Shown: positions 35,961-49,182 of the stretch, piece after piece
Layout: each line of letters starts with the position of its first letter
How positions within the stretch are numbered: position 1 is the first letter of the stretch
Assembly (NCBI GenBank): GCA_001643675.2
Contig: LSRY02000056.1
Coordinates: 124,001 to 188,000 of the forward strand
Direction of reading: 5' to 3'
Length of the DNA stretch: 64,000 nucleotides
Origin: Monocercomonoides exilis PA203
Lineage: Eukaryota > Protista > Preaxostyla
Notes under the pieces: model-generated
The model's input: only the letters and a program-made list of their open reading frames with translations
Told to the model about the DNA's origin: nothing
Database searches by the model: none
Program-made: the position numbers and the translations under genes

Positions 35961-36366
35961 TAGTTAGTGTTAATAATGGTGGATACTTTCAATAACTGTG
36001 GACAGTCGCATTATCTCAACAACCGTTGATAGTTGCATTTTGACAATTAACCCAATTATTCCCTCATTGAATGTGAACTTAACAGTCATACGAAAATTAA
36101 ACAAATTGCTCCCAAGAATAGAGAAAGACACATTTTCTATTTTCGGAGAAACTCGAAGAATCTAATTTTTCCGAGTTTCTCCGAAAACAGAATATGCTAT
36201 TTTCTTGATTTTTATGAGAAAATTGTTTCATTTCTGTATGTCAAAAAAGTTCATATTCATTGAGGGAATAATTGGATAAATTGTCAAAATGCAACTTTCA
36301 ATGGTTGTCGAGATAATGCAACTGTCCACAGTTATTGAAAGTGTCCACCATTATTAACACTAACTA
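35961..36366. mobile_element. Palindromic MITE family B (406 bp) flanked by TA on both sides (Tc1/mariner-type non-autonomous)
   Basis: TA|TAGTTAGTGTTAATAATGGTGGA ... TCCACCATTATTAACACTAACTA|TA; arms extend imperfectly to a central TCGGAGAAACTCG..CGAGTTTCTCCGA. Confidence 0.85.
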
Positions 36367-36482
36367 TAAATTCAAATTTTGTTTTTTTTCTATTTGTTTC
36401 AGATAATTCAGCAAGACAAAAGATTTTTTCATTTATGATTTATTTATTTACAGATTCAGATATCGCATTTAATACCCGACAT

Positions 36483-36850
36483 CGCACAAAATACAGGACA
36501 AGATCGATATCTCAATAACAGCAAGAAGAAAAATTCTGACAATTTTCCTCAAAATATATCACATTAATACAAACTCATTAGATTAACGTGACTTTCAAAG
36601 CAGCTTCATTTGTGCTCGAAAAAAATTAATGATGAAAATATTGGAGAAACTCAAAATCCTATTTCTCCGAATATTTCAAAATTATTTTTTCTGAGCATGA
36701 ACAAGGAAGTTGTGAAAGTCTCGTTTATCAATTGAGTTTGCATTGAAGAGATATATTTTGAGGATATTTATCAGAATTATTCCTCTTGAAATCACAGAGA
36801 AAAGGATGTTGTCCGGTATTTTGTGCGATGTCCGGTATTTTTTGCGCAAA
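36483..36850. mobile_element. Foldback MITE family A, copy 2
   Basis: Collinear with 6912-7267 (GGACAAGATCGATATCTCAA, TTTTCCTCAAAATATATC, GGAGAAACTCAAAATCCTATTTCTCCGA, CAGAATTATTCCTCTTG). Confidence 0.8.
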
Positions 36851-37070
36851 CTGAACTGCAAATTCAATTATCATTTTGAGGCGATCATTTATCAATTTCA
36901 CAAGCTGATTTTCAAATCAAATTAAAATCACAGAAATAATAAGATTAAAAAAATTCATTACCATTTATTATCCAAGTACAAAATTATCAGCTTTTTAAAG
37001 TGAAATATCAAAATTTGGATTTCATGTTTCAATTGTGCAAGTGAGTTCGATAAATTTAAAAATGAAAATT

Positions 37071-37311
37071 TGTCAAAATTTTTTTGAAAAGTTCCTTTTG
37101 TTTAATTTTCAAATAAAGAAAAAATTTCATATTTCGATCAAATTTCTGTTTCCACAAACGAAACTTCACCAGAATAGATGAAAAAACTTGATAATGCTAT
37201 CATAGACTTTTCTGTGAAGTTTCGTTTGTGGAAACAGAAATTTGATCGAAATATGAAAATTTTCTTCATTTGAAAATTAAACAAAAGGAACCTTTCAAAA
37301 AAATTTTGACA
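37071..37311. repeat. Hairpin element with ~98-bp near-perfect arms and a ~44-bp spacer
   Basis: 37071-37169 is the reverse complement of 37214-37311 (e.g. TTTCATATTTCGATCAAATTTCTGTTTCCACAAACGAAACTTCAC). Confidence 0.88.
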
Positions 37312-37401
37312 TTTTGTTTTTTCAATAAGAATGTTTTCTTTTGTGATGAATAATCACAGCAAAATTTGATTTTTGTCACTTTTGTTAAACGAAAATAGAT
37401 G

Positions 37402-38988
37402 CACCATTTATTATTCAAATTTAGAAAACTTATTATTCAAAGTTGTTAAACTTATTATTCGAAATTGGTAAACTTCTCATTCAAAATTAATAAAATTTTG
37501 TATTTTTTATTTAAAAATTTTTTGAAAAATATGATCACTGGCTGATTGTCAGAAAGTGATTTAAATGTTTTGTTTTTTCATTGTTAATAAAAAGGATGAG
37601 AAATTGAACCCCGATTTTTATTATTTGTGAATAAATTAGAAAATTTTTGATATTTCAGAAAAAAAATCATCATCCTTGAAATCGAATAATTTTTGAATTA
37701 TTTCACCTCACTATGCAAAATAATGAATAATTCAATCATGTAACATTTTTTTGAATCAATTTCACAAAACTGTGTGTAATTATTTTTCACAACTGAATAA
37801 ATCCATGAATGAATTTTCTGAATTCTTAATTTGTTTTTGTTGATCTTCTGTATGTATTTAAATTTAAAAAACATATGGTAAAAAATACGGCAAAAGGGGA
37901 TTATACGGCCAGTAATAATTTTTAACTTGAAAACACCTAAAACTGTATCGAAACTAGGCTTAACGAACTCATTAATTAAGATCAGTTATGAAATTCTATT
38001 CAAAAATTTAATTATCTTCCAATGTCATAAATCCTAAAGAAATAAAAATCTTTGATCAAGCCCATCATTTAATTTTGTCATATTTTCTTTTAGGTTTTTT
38101 GTCCCTATTAACTAATTTTAACAACAGAACTCTATGAATTAGGGTTAACCCTAAAAGAAATTTCATTTTAACTTCATTTTACAAAGATATTAGGACTTCA
38201 ATACGAAAATAACTTTTTTATCATAATTCAAAAATTGAAAAAATTTAAAGTTTCTTTCTTTGAAAAATTGATGATAAAAATAGACTTCAACTTCATTGAA
38301 CTAATGATTTTCTGGTAGGAATATGAAAAAGAAATCGTTATGATATGAAATTTTCACTGGTCGTATCATACCCATTTGCCAAAAATACGATCTTTCAAGC
38401 TTTTTTTGCACAAGGCATTGAAAAACTGCTTCACTCATAACTTTATTTTGCTTTCTCAGATTTCAGAATAAAATTGATTTTCATATCTGCAAACAGGCAT
38501 CAGTGAAATCATAACATGAAGTTTTGTGTCATTCCGCGTTTGTCAAAAAATGGACCCATTTTTATTGTGTTTTTTGTGCTCAGAAAATCAATGAATAGAG
38601 CACAATTTTTCAATGAAAATGCCTGAAGTGAAATATTTTTCCCCATATTTTGATTGGAAAATGCATGTATTTACATTGTGAGGTTTATTCATTTGAAAAA
38701 TTATCCGATTTCATGGATGATGATTTTTTTTCTGAAATATCAAAAATTTTCTAATTTATTCACAAATAATAAAAATCGGGGTTCAATTTCTCATCCTTTT
38801 TATTAACAATGAAAAAACAAAACATTTAAATCACTTTCTGACAATCAGCCAGTGATCATATTTTTCAAAAAATTTTTAAATAAAAAATACAAAATTTTAT
38901 TAATTTTGAATGAGAAGTTTACCAATTTCGAATAATAAGTTTAACAACTTTGAATAATAAGTTTACCAAATTTGAATAATAAATGGTG
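37402..38988. mobile_element. Non-autonomous element with ~290-bp near-identical TIRs (CACCATTTATTATT..) carrying nested repeats
   Basis: 37402-~37695 is the reverse complement of ~38695-38988. The TIR contains ~21-bp subrepeats (AAACTTATTATTCAAA). No coding capacity and no clear TSD. Confidence 0.85.
37889..38380. mobile_element. Non-autonomous Merlin-type MITE (492 bp) with an 8-bp TSD
   Basis: AAAAATAC|GGCAAAAGGGGATTATACGGCCAGT ... ACTGGTCGTATCATACCCATTTGCC|AAAAATAC; TIR 21/25 identical; GG termini plus an 8-bp TSD fit Merlin. Confidence 0.85.
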
Positions 38989-39455
38989 TATAACTCGATG
39001 AGATGAACATTTTCCGACTTTCGGCAGAAACAATTTCAACTGAAAAAAACTTTTTTTTTCTTTTAAAATATTCACAAAATTATCAATTTTGAACAATTAG
39101 TTTTCGAAATCTGATGAATGAATTGTGGAAATAGCATTTTCATCACTTGAACCCAATAAATATCACTGAAATGATAACAATATGAATTTTAATATTTGTG
39201 ACAAAATAAAATAATTCAATAACTTTATAGATCCAAGCTTTATTCAAAGAAAATATTCATGTTTATCTTAATAAAAACAATCATTGAAAAATGTTCTTTT
39301 AAAATCCTATCAAAGTCGATCGCTTATTGAAACGTTTATAAAAACTTATTATATAAAAACTATTGAAATAAATGAACGCTGTAGATATGATACTATTTAT
39401 GTTTCGTCCCAGAATAATTATTAAATCACAATATCGATTCTTATTTTAATTTTTT

Positions 39456-40715
39456 ATGACTTCAATTGAAGAAGAAATTTCTCGAAGAAACGTTTACAAG
39501 CTTACTACGATTATTACAATTTAAATATCATTTATTGGATTTTGAATTATTTTAGGCTGAAGAATTTTTGCGACTTGAATTCAAGATTAAGATATTCATT
39601 GGAAGCCTTTTAAATAAAAAATTACACCAAAGCGTAAATGAAGAACTGCAGCGAGGGACACCAATTGAGTTGCTCAATAAAATTTGCAATTCACCAAAGC
39701 GTTCATATTTTTCTCATCCACAAAACAATGCTCAAAAACGAGATAATATAAAGTATTTGACTTTCAATTATTTTATCATTTTCTAAATTCATTATATATT
39801 TGAATATGTTCGTCAGAATTTTTAACAGCATGTGTGAAGAAATCTTTGGTATGATTTTTGAAACATTTTTATTTATTGCTTAATGTAAATTAAAAAAAAG
39901 GAATTCGGAAGGATGATTTTGTGGATGTTAATTCAGTTACAGACGATAAACGTCATGTTCAGGCGTTGAATCTCCTGAATCAAGTCTGCTGTAAGATGAT
40001 TGAGAAAGGGTATTGGAACATAATCTATTAATTAAAAATTACACTTAACGTTGAAAAGAATGGTTAATAATAACCTTTTATCAGATGCTGATTGTCCAAA
40101 ATTTACAACAGAAGAAATTGAAGAAGCAGATACAATCCTTCAAAATGCCAAAACTCAGAAAAGAGTTATAACCAAAGAAGAAATTTCAGATTCAAAAGAT
40201 GAAATTGCTTCATCCGAAACAGACAGCGATTTGTCATCAATGCACTTCAAAAAAGGCATGCTATGATTTTTAAAAATATGTATACTTGTTTTTTTATAAA
40301 ATATCTATTAGGAATGAGTATTGAAAATGAAAAAATGGAAAGTTCAGAAAGAATAATGAAATTTAATGAGGAGAATAAAAGTGAAAATCAAAATTCTCGT
40401 TCTGAGGAAGAAAAAGAAAAAAAAGATATTGAAGGAGATGAAGAAATAGAAGACCAAACAACATTGGTTGAAAACAAAAAAGGAAAAGAAGATGTAACGA
40501 ATTCTATTCAAAATTCTTGTTCTTCATTCCATCAAAGAGGAACTTTCATATCACCAACCGAAGAAGAAGAAATACCACTTTACTACATTGTTATAAAATA
40601 CATTATTGTGGTTTGTCAATTTCATTTATTTCTATATTGATTTCACTTTTAAATTGATGTTTAGATCTTTCTTCTTCTCACTTCAATTCTATTTTTTTAC
40701 AGAGCCTTTGAATAA
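39456..40715 (+). CDS. Hypothetical protein, probably tail-anchored (multi-exon)
   Basis: MTSIEEEISRRN then several GT-AG-bounded exons; C terminus IPLYYIVIKYIIV|IFLLLTSILFFYRAFE*. Confidence 0.55.
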
Positions 40716-40839
40716 CTCGAACACTCATAAATTTAGTCATTTCACCATTACATATTTTTGATATTGTAAAATATATTTCATATTTGCTTTTAATTTTGAA
40801 TGATAATAATCTTTGATCAAAAATACCTTACCAAGGAAA

Positions 40840-42009
40840 ATGACTCTTTCACTGGTTTGGAAAGATCTTACTCTTCAACAGGTAGAAACCGTTACTGCAC
40901 TTTTAGACAACAAGCAAAAAGCAGATAAGTTTGTAATGTTTTTATTTGAAAAAAGTGGACTTCTGCTTCTACAACATTTTTGTGCTTAACATTTGAATGC
41001 CTTTTGTTCAATTATCAATGTTTTCACAAAACTCACTGGAAAACTAACCAGATTTTTATCAGAAACATTTAATCTCGATTTAGATGACGAGGGGTCAGAT
41101 GCAATTATCATTGACTATTATTATTACAACCTTGTTTTTGCAGAAGAATGCGGCTTTACTGCTGAAAAGATATCAACTTTTTTTTCAATAATGAAAAATA
41201 CTCTATTTAAAGCTTGTGGTATGAGATGCATGATTTGAAATATTTTTAACGACTAAAATTTTTTCAAAAGAGAATCGAAATGCAACAATGACAGATGCTT
41301 TAAAATTATTTAATAAATTATTAACTGATCATTCTGTTCATCGTCCTCCATTTTCTGTCCAGATCTTTTCATTTGATGACGTTGCAAAAATTGCAGATTA
41401 TGCTGTGAACAGTTTCTTCCAACATTTCAAATTGTATCAGTACGTATTCGTGGAAAAGGAAACGCTAAAACTTGAAACTACCGATATCTTTAGAGAAGTT
41501 GAAGCTCCACCTCAATTCCCTCCTATGACCTCGGCTATCCCAGAAGAAACTATTTTGAACAAAGTATTTGTGGTGTGAAAGATTCATCATTGAATTAATA
41601 TCTGACATCAAATTCATACAAAAATTTTTTTATTTCTTAAAAAAACTAGTGGGATGAAGAAGAGCCAACAGAAGTTCTCAGGGAACAATTGGAAATGATG
41701 GATTTATGTGTGCTAAAATTGATTTTTTCCCGCTTCTTATTTGAATTATTTTCATTTGATGAATTGCGTTATTGTTTGCGCGTAATAGCTACAATCACTC
41801 CTGAAGTTATTCAGAAAGCTGTGAAAGCTGCACTACAGCAGCAAGTCATTGAACTGAAGAGATCGCAGAGAATGGAACTGGAAGAAGTCGAGAAGCAACT
41901 AATGGAGAAAGTTACGCACCCAGATAGTCAGCCTGCTGAAAGTAGTACTAAAGTTGAAGAAGAAAAGAAAGAAAAGAAAGAAGAGAAAAAGACAAAGAAA
42001 AAATCTTGA
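40840..42009 (+). CDS. CFAP119: CFAP119/CCDC189 (CLAMP domain; flagellar C1a-32-like)
   Basis: VWKDLT..IIDYYYYNLVFAEECGFTAEKISTFFSI..LLTDHSVHRPPFSVQIFS..YAVNSFFQHFKLYQYVF. Confidence 0.88.
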
Positions 42010-42649
42010 TTTAAACAAGGTTTTGTTTTAAAACGAAAGAAAGAAAGAAAAAAAGAAGGATTGTTTTTATTTTGATGTGTAATTATTCCATCCTTGTTTG
42101 ATTGCAATAATACTCAAAAAAAGTGAATGGATTGCTTATTTTTAAAACATGTCTGGTTTTGGAAGGGCATTTACTTTTGTTTACAACTTAATGTCAAAAA
42201 TTAAACAAAAGAAAACAGATGAAGGCTAATAAACTAACATAAACAGATGGATAAAATAAATATCTCTATGAACAGTGTAAAAAGCGAACATAAAAAGGAC
42301 AACATAACAGCAAAATACATCGAATTGTAAAGAAAAAAAAAAGAAAATAAAAAGGATGCTTTTAAAGTTTGTCAGTTTGTAAGAAAAATATAACGCCACA
42401 TAACAAATTCTTCGAAACCTTAAAAACAAGATAATCACGAGATGAACATTTGAATTACAGGAATCAAAGGCAAGAAGTTGTGAAATGTATCAAAAAATAA
42501 TCAATAAATAAACAAATAAATAATTCCAAAGATAATAATAAATGAAGTGAATTTATAGAACATTGTCTGTGAAGTGATGTCATGTAATGCAATGTAACGT
42601 AACGTGATGTGATGTGCATATGTCTCTCTACTTCCAGCAAACACGCTGA

Positions 42650-45600
42650 TCAAACTGAATCAGCATCAACAGATGGAGGCGAGTAAGGCATCCCAAACGA
42701 TATATGCTCTGCTTGTGAGTGCTGCCGAGGCGTCGAATGCGCCTGCAGCGTTGCAGACAGCTCAGCCGGTGATGGAAGAGGAAGATGAGGCAGCAACTGC
42801 AACTGCAACTGCAACGGCAACTGACTCTGTGCTTGTGACTGTAATTGAGTTTGTAACTGTGATTGGGATTGCGATTGGGACTGCAATTGATTCTGTGTTT
42901 GAGATTGTAACATGTTCTGTGACTGTAATTGAGTCTGTACTGGATTCTGTATTGTATTCTGCACAGTGTTCTGTACTGTATTCTGTGCTGTGTTCTGTGG
43001 TTGACTCTGTGATTGGGGTTGAGCCTGAGGCAATGAGAGTCCAATTGTTTGAGGCGGGGGCTGAGTCTGTGCAAAGATGCAGTCGCGCCTCTGGAGAGGA
43101 TAAAAAAGAGGATGGAAGGTTGGATTGGAGGCAGCAGTGGGCGGAGGAGGAAGCAGCTTGTAAGTCGGAAGCTGGCTGAAGGGATGATGAACAGAGGAAT
43201 CAGACAGAAGAGGAGGAGCAGCAGAAGTTGGAGGAGGAAGAGGGGGAGAAGGCGGATGGAGCGTTGAAGAAGAAAAAGAAATCGAGGAGGTGGAAGAAGA
43301 AGCAGAAGAAGGAGCAGAAGCAGAAGAAGAAGAGGAGGAGAGATGAGAAGGCAGACGAGGATTCGCCGTCGACAGGCCCAGTGCAGCAGAGCGCACGGGA
43401 GCATTGAAAGAAGGAGAAGAGGAAGAAGCGTTGGAGACAGAGGGAGAGAAAGGGAGGGAGACAAGAGAAGGAGAAGGCGCAACATCGTTCAGTACAGCGT
43501 TGGTTGTGTTCAGAGTGGAGGAAGGAGAAGGAGAGGGGGAAGGAGGGGCTGAAGGCTGGACGGGGGAAAGATAGATGCTCGAAGGAGTCGAAGGAGCAGG
43601 ATGATATGCAGAGAACGAAGAACAGGAGCCAACATAATTCAGAGACTGTTGTGGAGTGATAGGTTGCATAGACTGAATAGAGTGAATAGATTGAAGTGGC
43701 TGAAGTGGCTGAAGTGGCTGAAGTGATTGCAACGGCTGTATTGGCTGGATTGATTGAGTAGATTGAGCAGGTTGAGCAGGTTGAGCAGATTGAATGGGCT
43801 GATAAGACTGATAAGACTGGAGAGATTGGAGAGATTGGAGAGATTGGAGAGGAAAGGCACCAGGCGATGAAGTGGGCTGCACTTGGAACTGCATCGAGAT
43901 CATGTTTGGTGGAATAAAAGTTGGCTGAAGGGAAAGCTGAGACTGTTGAGATTGTTGAGTCTGTTGAGTCTGTTGAGTCTGTTGAGATTGTTGTGCTTGT
44001 TGTGCTTGTTGGATGGCAGCAGAGAAGGAATAAGCAGCGCCTGTTGGCGAGTTCTCAGACAGGTCTCGCTGTGGATAGGAGATCGGAAGGGACATAGCAG
44101 ACTGGAGGATGGGCATGTTCATTCCAACGGGTGGGTGCTTCATGGGGGCTATTTGAGTCATCGGGGGTGGAGGAGAAGGCAGCTTCAAGAGAGTCGCAGG
44201 CGTTGCTGTTGTGTTTGCGGTGGCTGATGTTGATTGCAACGGCCTGTTTGTGTTGGTGCCTGTCGGGAAAGAGGATTCTTGTGTGGACGATGCGATTGAT
44301 GCAGCTGGAGTAATCAATGCAGTAGCTGAAGATGCTGATGTTGCTGAAGTTGTTTGAGCAATTGGAATTGTTGGCATTGTTGGCATAATTGGTTCAGCTG
44401 ATGTTATCAGAGTAGGTATTTCTCTTGTGACTGGCTGGCTTTCTTTCGAAAGGAGAGCATTCGGAGGAGGACACGTGGATGTCACAGGCGGTGGGCAAGT
44501 CGCCACTAAAACAGTATCTTTAGCAATGGAATCTGCTTTCTGTGCGTCTGCCTCATTCTTCGCAGCTAGCTGACTCTGTTTGGGTATCTTTGGCTGCTGG
44601 CTGCTTTTTGGGTGAAACGGCGGAATTTCGAGATTCAACCGCAGTCTGCTTCCTTTTGCAGGAGCATGTGAAGAGTCAGTCTCTTCTGCATTGGACTTCT
44701 GAGAGGAAATCAACACAGCAGCTGGCGGATCATTTGGCTGTGCAAATTGGCCAGTGCCATTCAATTGAGTGCGCTGAAGACGCATCTGGGTGGACGCGAG
44801 GAAGCGTGCTGTGTTCGACATACGTTGAGCACTTGTACCGTCAAATGTGGAAAGAGAAGGAGCGATTGCTTTTCCTGAAAGAGGATTTGCATTCTCTTTC
44901 TCTTTCTCCTTTTCCTTATCCTTCTCTTCTTCCTTCTCATTTGCATCTTTAGCTTGATTGTCTGCTCCAGACAATTCCTTCTGTGTCTGCTGTGCCTGTT
45001 GATTCTGGTTGTCAGCATTTGGACTTCTCTTCGCAGAACCAATCAAATTCTGCTCTGTTCGTGTGCCTGCTGCGAATACCGACGTCTTCGCCATTCCTTT
45101 TGCCCCGTTGTTTTGTGCTGTCTCTTTTAGAGTCGGCCGGTTTCTGCCTCGAAACGGCGGAATGATCATTTTTGTGGGGTCCACTCCAAACTTATGTGTC
45201 TGCTCAGAGCCAACTTGCCGTTTTCTCTGTGCTTCTGTTTGATGATGACGGCCACGCACTCCAAAGCCCTGTGGCTGAACAGGCCTTGATTCATTTGCGT
45301 CTCCCTCTTTTGTTGATGGATTGAGCGTCTGCAATGGGATCTGAGAGCGTGTTTGTGACTGCAACTGCACAGCAGCTAAAGCACCACCTGCATTTGCATG
45401 TGAGCTGTTTCTATCAAATGTGCCATTTCTCTTGTTCTGATTGGAATTTGCACCTTTCTGTTCCCCAACAGCAGCATTTCTGTCTGCTCCTGGAGCTTCT
45501 GAAACATCTGCCCCAACATTATATTCAACATCCTCTTGCTTCTTCAGCATCGCCAGCTTCCGCGCCCTCCGTGCCTGCAGCTCCTCATACGAAGGCACCT

Positions 45601-48217
45601 CAGAAATCTTGAACTTCTTTGTGGACGTCAGCAAAGGCCCCCTCATCAGCTTCATCATAATCGGCTCATGGTCATTCACATCGATCGCTGATATCACTCG
45701 CTCTTCTTCTCTCTTTTCGTTCCCCTTTCCTTTCTCTTTGCCCTTTTCTTCAGCTTTTCCATCAGGCACCATTCCCATAGGTGCAATAGTACTTGTTCCA
45801 TGCTCAATTCCGCCTTTGGTTTCAGCATTCATCTGCCTCTCTTCATTTTGATTTGACTGTTGACGTGCTGCATCCACATGTTGTCCTGTCACCACTCCAT
45901 CGCTACTGCCTGGAAGCGTAGTCATTTGCCCATTTGAATCAGCACCAGCCTTCCTTTGCTGCATCGTCAACAAAGCATCTGCTCCTTTTCTTTCTGACTG
46001 TTGTATTTTCTCCTCTTCGAGTGTGTTGCGTGTCAATTGAGGATTCTCTCCTTCTCTTTTCGTGCCACTTTCAAATGTCTGCTTATCCAAAGGCATTTTG
46101 TTTCTGGGCGTGTTCAACGCTTCATCGGATGTCACATTCACCACAGGCGCAGCCACAGCTGCAAGTTGATTGAACCTTCTGTTGCGTTCATCATCTTCTC
46201 CTTTCAGAACATTCATCCCATTGATCATCTCCCCTTCTTCTTCTCCTCCTCCTTCTTCCATCTGCTTCCCCTTCATCCTCTCATTTTCTTCCTCGCGCAT
46301 CCTCCTCTCTCTGCACTCAGCCGACGACGCTGCCATTCCTGTGCCCTGTGTGCTTCCAGACGAGCGAGAAGACAGCGCCGACTGCTCTGCGCCGCTTTCT
46401 CCACAGTATGGAGAATTAGACTGGACATATGACGCCATCTGCGCTTTGGCACCAGCTCTTCCAATTTCTCCGTTCTGCGTGCCGATGACCGCTCTGTCGC
46501 TTCGATGCAACTCGATTTGCCTGTTGCTTGTTGGATTCAACAGACTGCGGTCAGAAACACGCCCAAGCTGCCTTCCATCTCCGCTTTCTTTCTCTCTCTG
46601 CTTGTTTCTCATGTCTTTTGTGCCTCCCTTAAAGGCAGGAATTATCAGCGTCTGCGGATCAATGTTCACAGCCACAGCTGGCTTCAATGAGGATATTTTT
46701 TCTCTGATTGCGTTTCTCTCTCTTTCTCTTTCCCTCAACCTGTTTCTCTCTCTCTCCCTTTCTCTCTCAGCCTCCAGCTCTTCTGGTGTCAGGCGCTCCT
46801 CTCCTTCTATTGGCCCTTTCCCTCCTCTCATTTCAACTGGCTGCCCTTCAAAGCGCCCTTTAGCTTCCCTCTCTCTTTCTCCTCCTCTTTCCCTCTCCCT
46901 CTCCCTCTCCCTCGCCCACTCTGCCCCTTCTTCCCTTTTGAAGCCGATCCTGTCGCGTTCTCCGTCCATCCGCATCCGCTCTCTTCCTCTGCCTTCTCTC
47001 TCTCTCCTTTCTTTCTCTCTCTTCCTCCGCTCTATCAGCCCTTGCAACCCACCCGGTGCAAGTGCCCAGTCAAACACGTTGTCGTACACAGCTCCTTCAC
47101 GTGCCAACAGGTCGCGAAACAGCTTCCGCAGATACGAATAATCGGGCTTTCCATCAAATCTCAGTCCTGATTGATAATAAAATATGACAAAGCAAAATAA
47201 AACATTCAATAAAAATATTTTAATAAATAAAATAGGTGAACATAGAAAAGAAATTATTTTGTTTTCACATAAAAAATTTCAAAATAATTTCAAAAACAAA
47301 ACGTAAATAAAGCAAAAGAGGAATGCATTTGTATACAAATGAATAAATATGCAATATATTCCACAGAATCTTCACATCAAATGTTTCACAGTAACACTAC
47401 CTCTGACGTAAGTGAGGAACGTCGCAAACTCTGTTGGAAGATGTTTGCACAGCACATCAGGCGGTGTTCCAATTTTGATCTCTCCAATCTTTGAATACTT
47501 AACGCGCTTGCTGTGTGCTTTTAAGCCTTGCCACGGAAGGCTCCCTGCCACAAAGTAGATTAGCATATATGCCAGCGATTCTAAATCATCTCGTCTGCTC
47601 TGTTCGATGCCAATATGTGTGTTAACACTGGCATAACGAACTGTTCCTGTTATTCCTTTCGTGTCGCGATAGGGAATGTGCTGGTGCGTGCGAGTGTCTC
47701 TGTATCGCTTTGCGAGCCCAAGATCGATCATATACACTGTGTTCTCGCGTCTCCCTCTTCCAAGAAGAAAATTATCTGGTTTTATGTCTCTGTGAATAAA
47801 GTTTTTTGAATGAAGGTATTCTACTCTTGAAATTAGTTGATCAGCCAACATGCATGTTGTTTTGATGCTAAGCCTTCGGCCACATAACGTAAAAACATCT
47901 TCCAAGCTAGGACCTAGCAAGTCCATAACCATAATGTTATAGTCCTGTTCAACTCCAAACCAACGAATGTTTGGAATTCCGGTCCCACCTTGAAGCATTC
48001 GATAAAGTCGAGTTTCATAATATAACTGGGGTTGCCGCGTTCGAACTTTCTCTAACTTCACCGCAATTTCTTCTCCGGTTGATATGGCAACACCTTTATA
48101 AATCTCTCCAAACGAGCCGCTTCCAACTTTTTGATTTATTAAAACCCTGTAAAGACCAGCGATAATCCATTCCGTGCTATCTCTGACACCGGAACCTCTC
48201 ATAATGTGTTTTTCCAT
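42650..48217 (-). CDS. CK1: Casein kinase 1 with a ~1450-aa low-complexity C-terminal tail (~1777 aa; intron 47167-47400)
   Basis: [60 protein letters not shown]|[20 protein letters not shown]. Confidence 0.95.
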
Positions 48218-49182
48218 ATTTTATATTTCTCAATTTTAAGAAACAGTTCTTCTTAGAGCAGCTAAAAAGCAATATAAACATAATGATTAATCACAAATAT
48301 AAATGACAAAAATATCAGTTTTAATGCCATTCATAAAATTTTAATGAATAACCAAAAAAACATACATCAGGTTATATTCCCTCCAAATTTTCTAACACCC
48401 TATTATACGTTAAATATCTGTTTTCTATAATTCTGATCTTACTAACCATTTTCAATATGAATTTGTATTAAGAGAATGATTGACAAGCATATAAATCGAT
48501 TATTCGATAAATTTAACTAATTATCATTATTTTAAAATGATGTATATGCCTTGCAAGAGAAAATTTGTGTCAAAGATATTTTTGGTCTTTTATAAAACGT
48601 TTTTGAATTCATTTGTCATATTTGAGCGTTTGTGAAATATAAATTCTGAATCCGATTGCACAGAAAAGAATTTTTGTTTTGTTGTTTTGTTTTATAATTG
48701 TTATTCAATTTATTTTTCTGAAAATATCGATTTCCATTTTCACAAAATAATTTTTATTTTCTGTTTGCTTTACAAATAAAATATAACTAAAAATGATAGT
48801 GTTTTCACTTTATTATTATTTTTGGAAAGTGCGCATATTATTAAGCATGAAAGCTGTCAATTTTTATGGAAAATATATATATATTTTCTTACGAGTCTTT
48901 ATGAAAAATAAACGAAATACGAGAAATCCGAAAATAGAAATAAAACAAAAATTTTCAACCCAAACACAATCGTTTCCATTATCGCTACACATTCATTAAT
49001 TCAGTTTAATTCTTTAAATTACTCATCTTTTATCATTTCAAATAATTTTAAATTGTTTTCAATAATTAAAATTCAAAAGCACCAGTTTAAAACACATTAT
49101 TTTATTCTGATTATCATAATAAAAACAATATTTATATTTTTTTATTTAAAAATTTGAACAGTCAAAAATGCTAATCAAGAGT

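Noticed and set aside
37402-37490. CRISPR-like array from ~21-bp periodic repeats
   Set aside because: No unique spacers of proper length and no cas genes; these are TIR subrepeats.
28697-42009. Functional cluster of central-pair genes (SPAG6 and CFAP119)
   Set aside because: They are 10 kb apart and separated by unrelated genes and TEs; flagellar genes are common enough for chance proximity.
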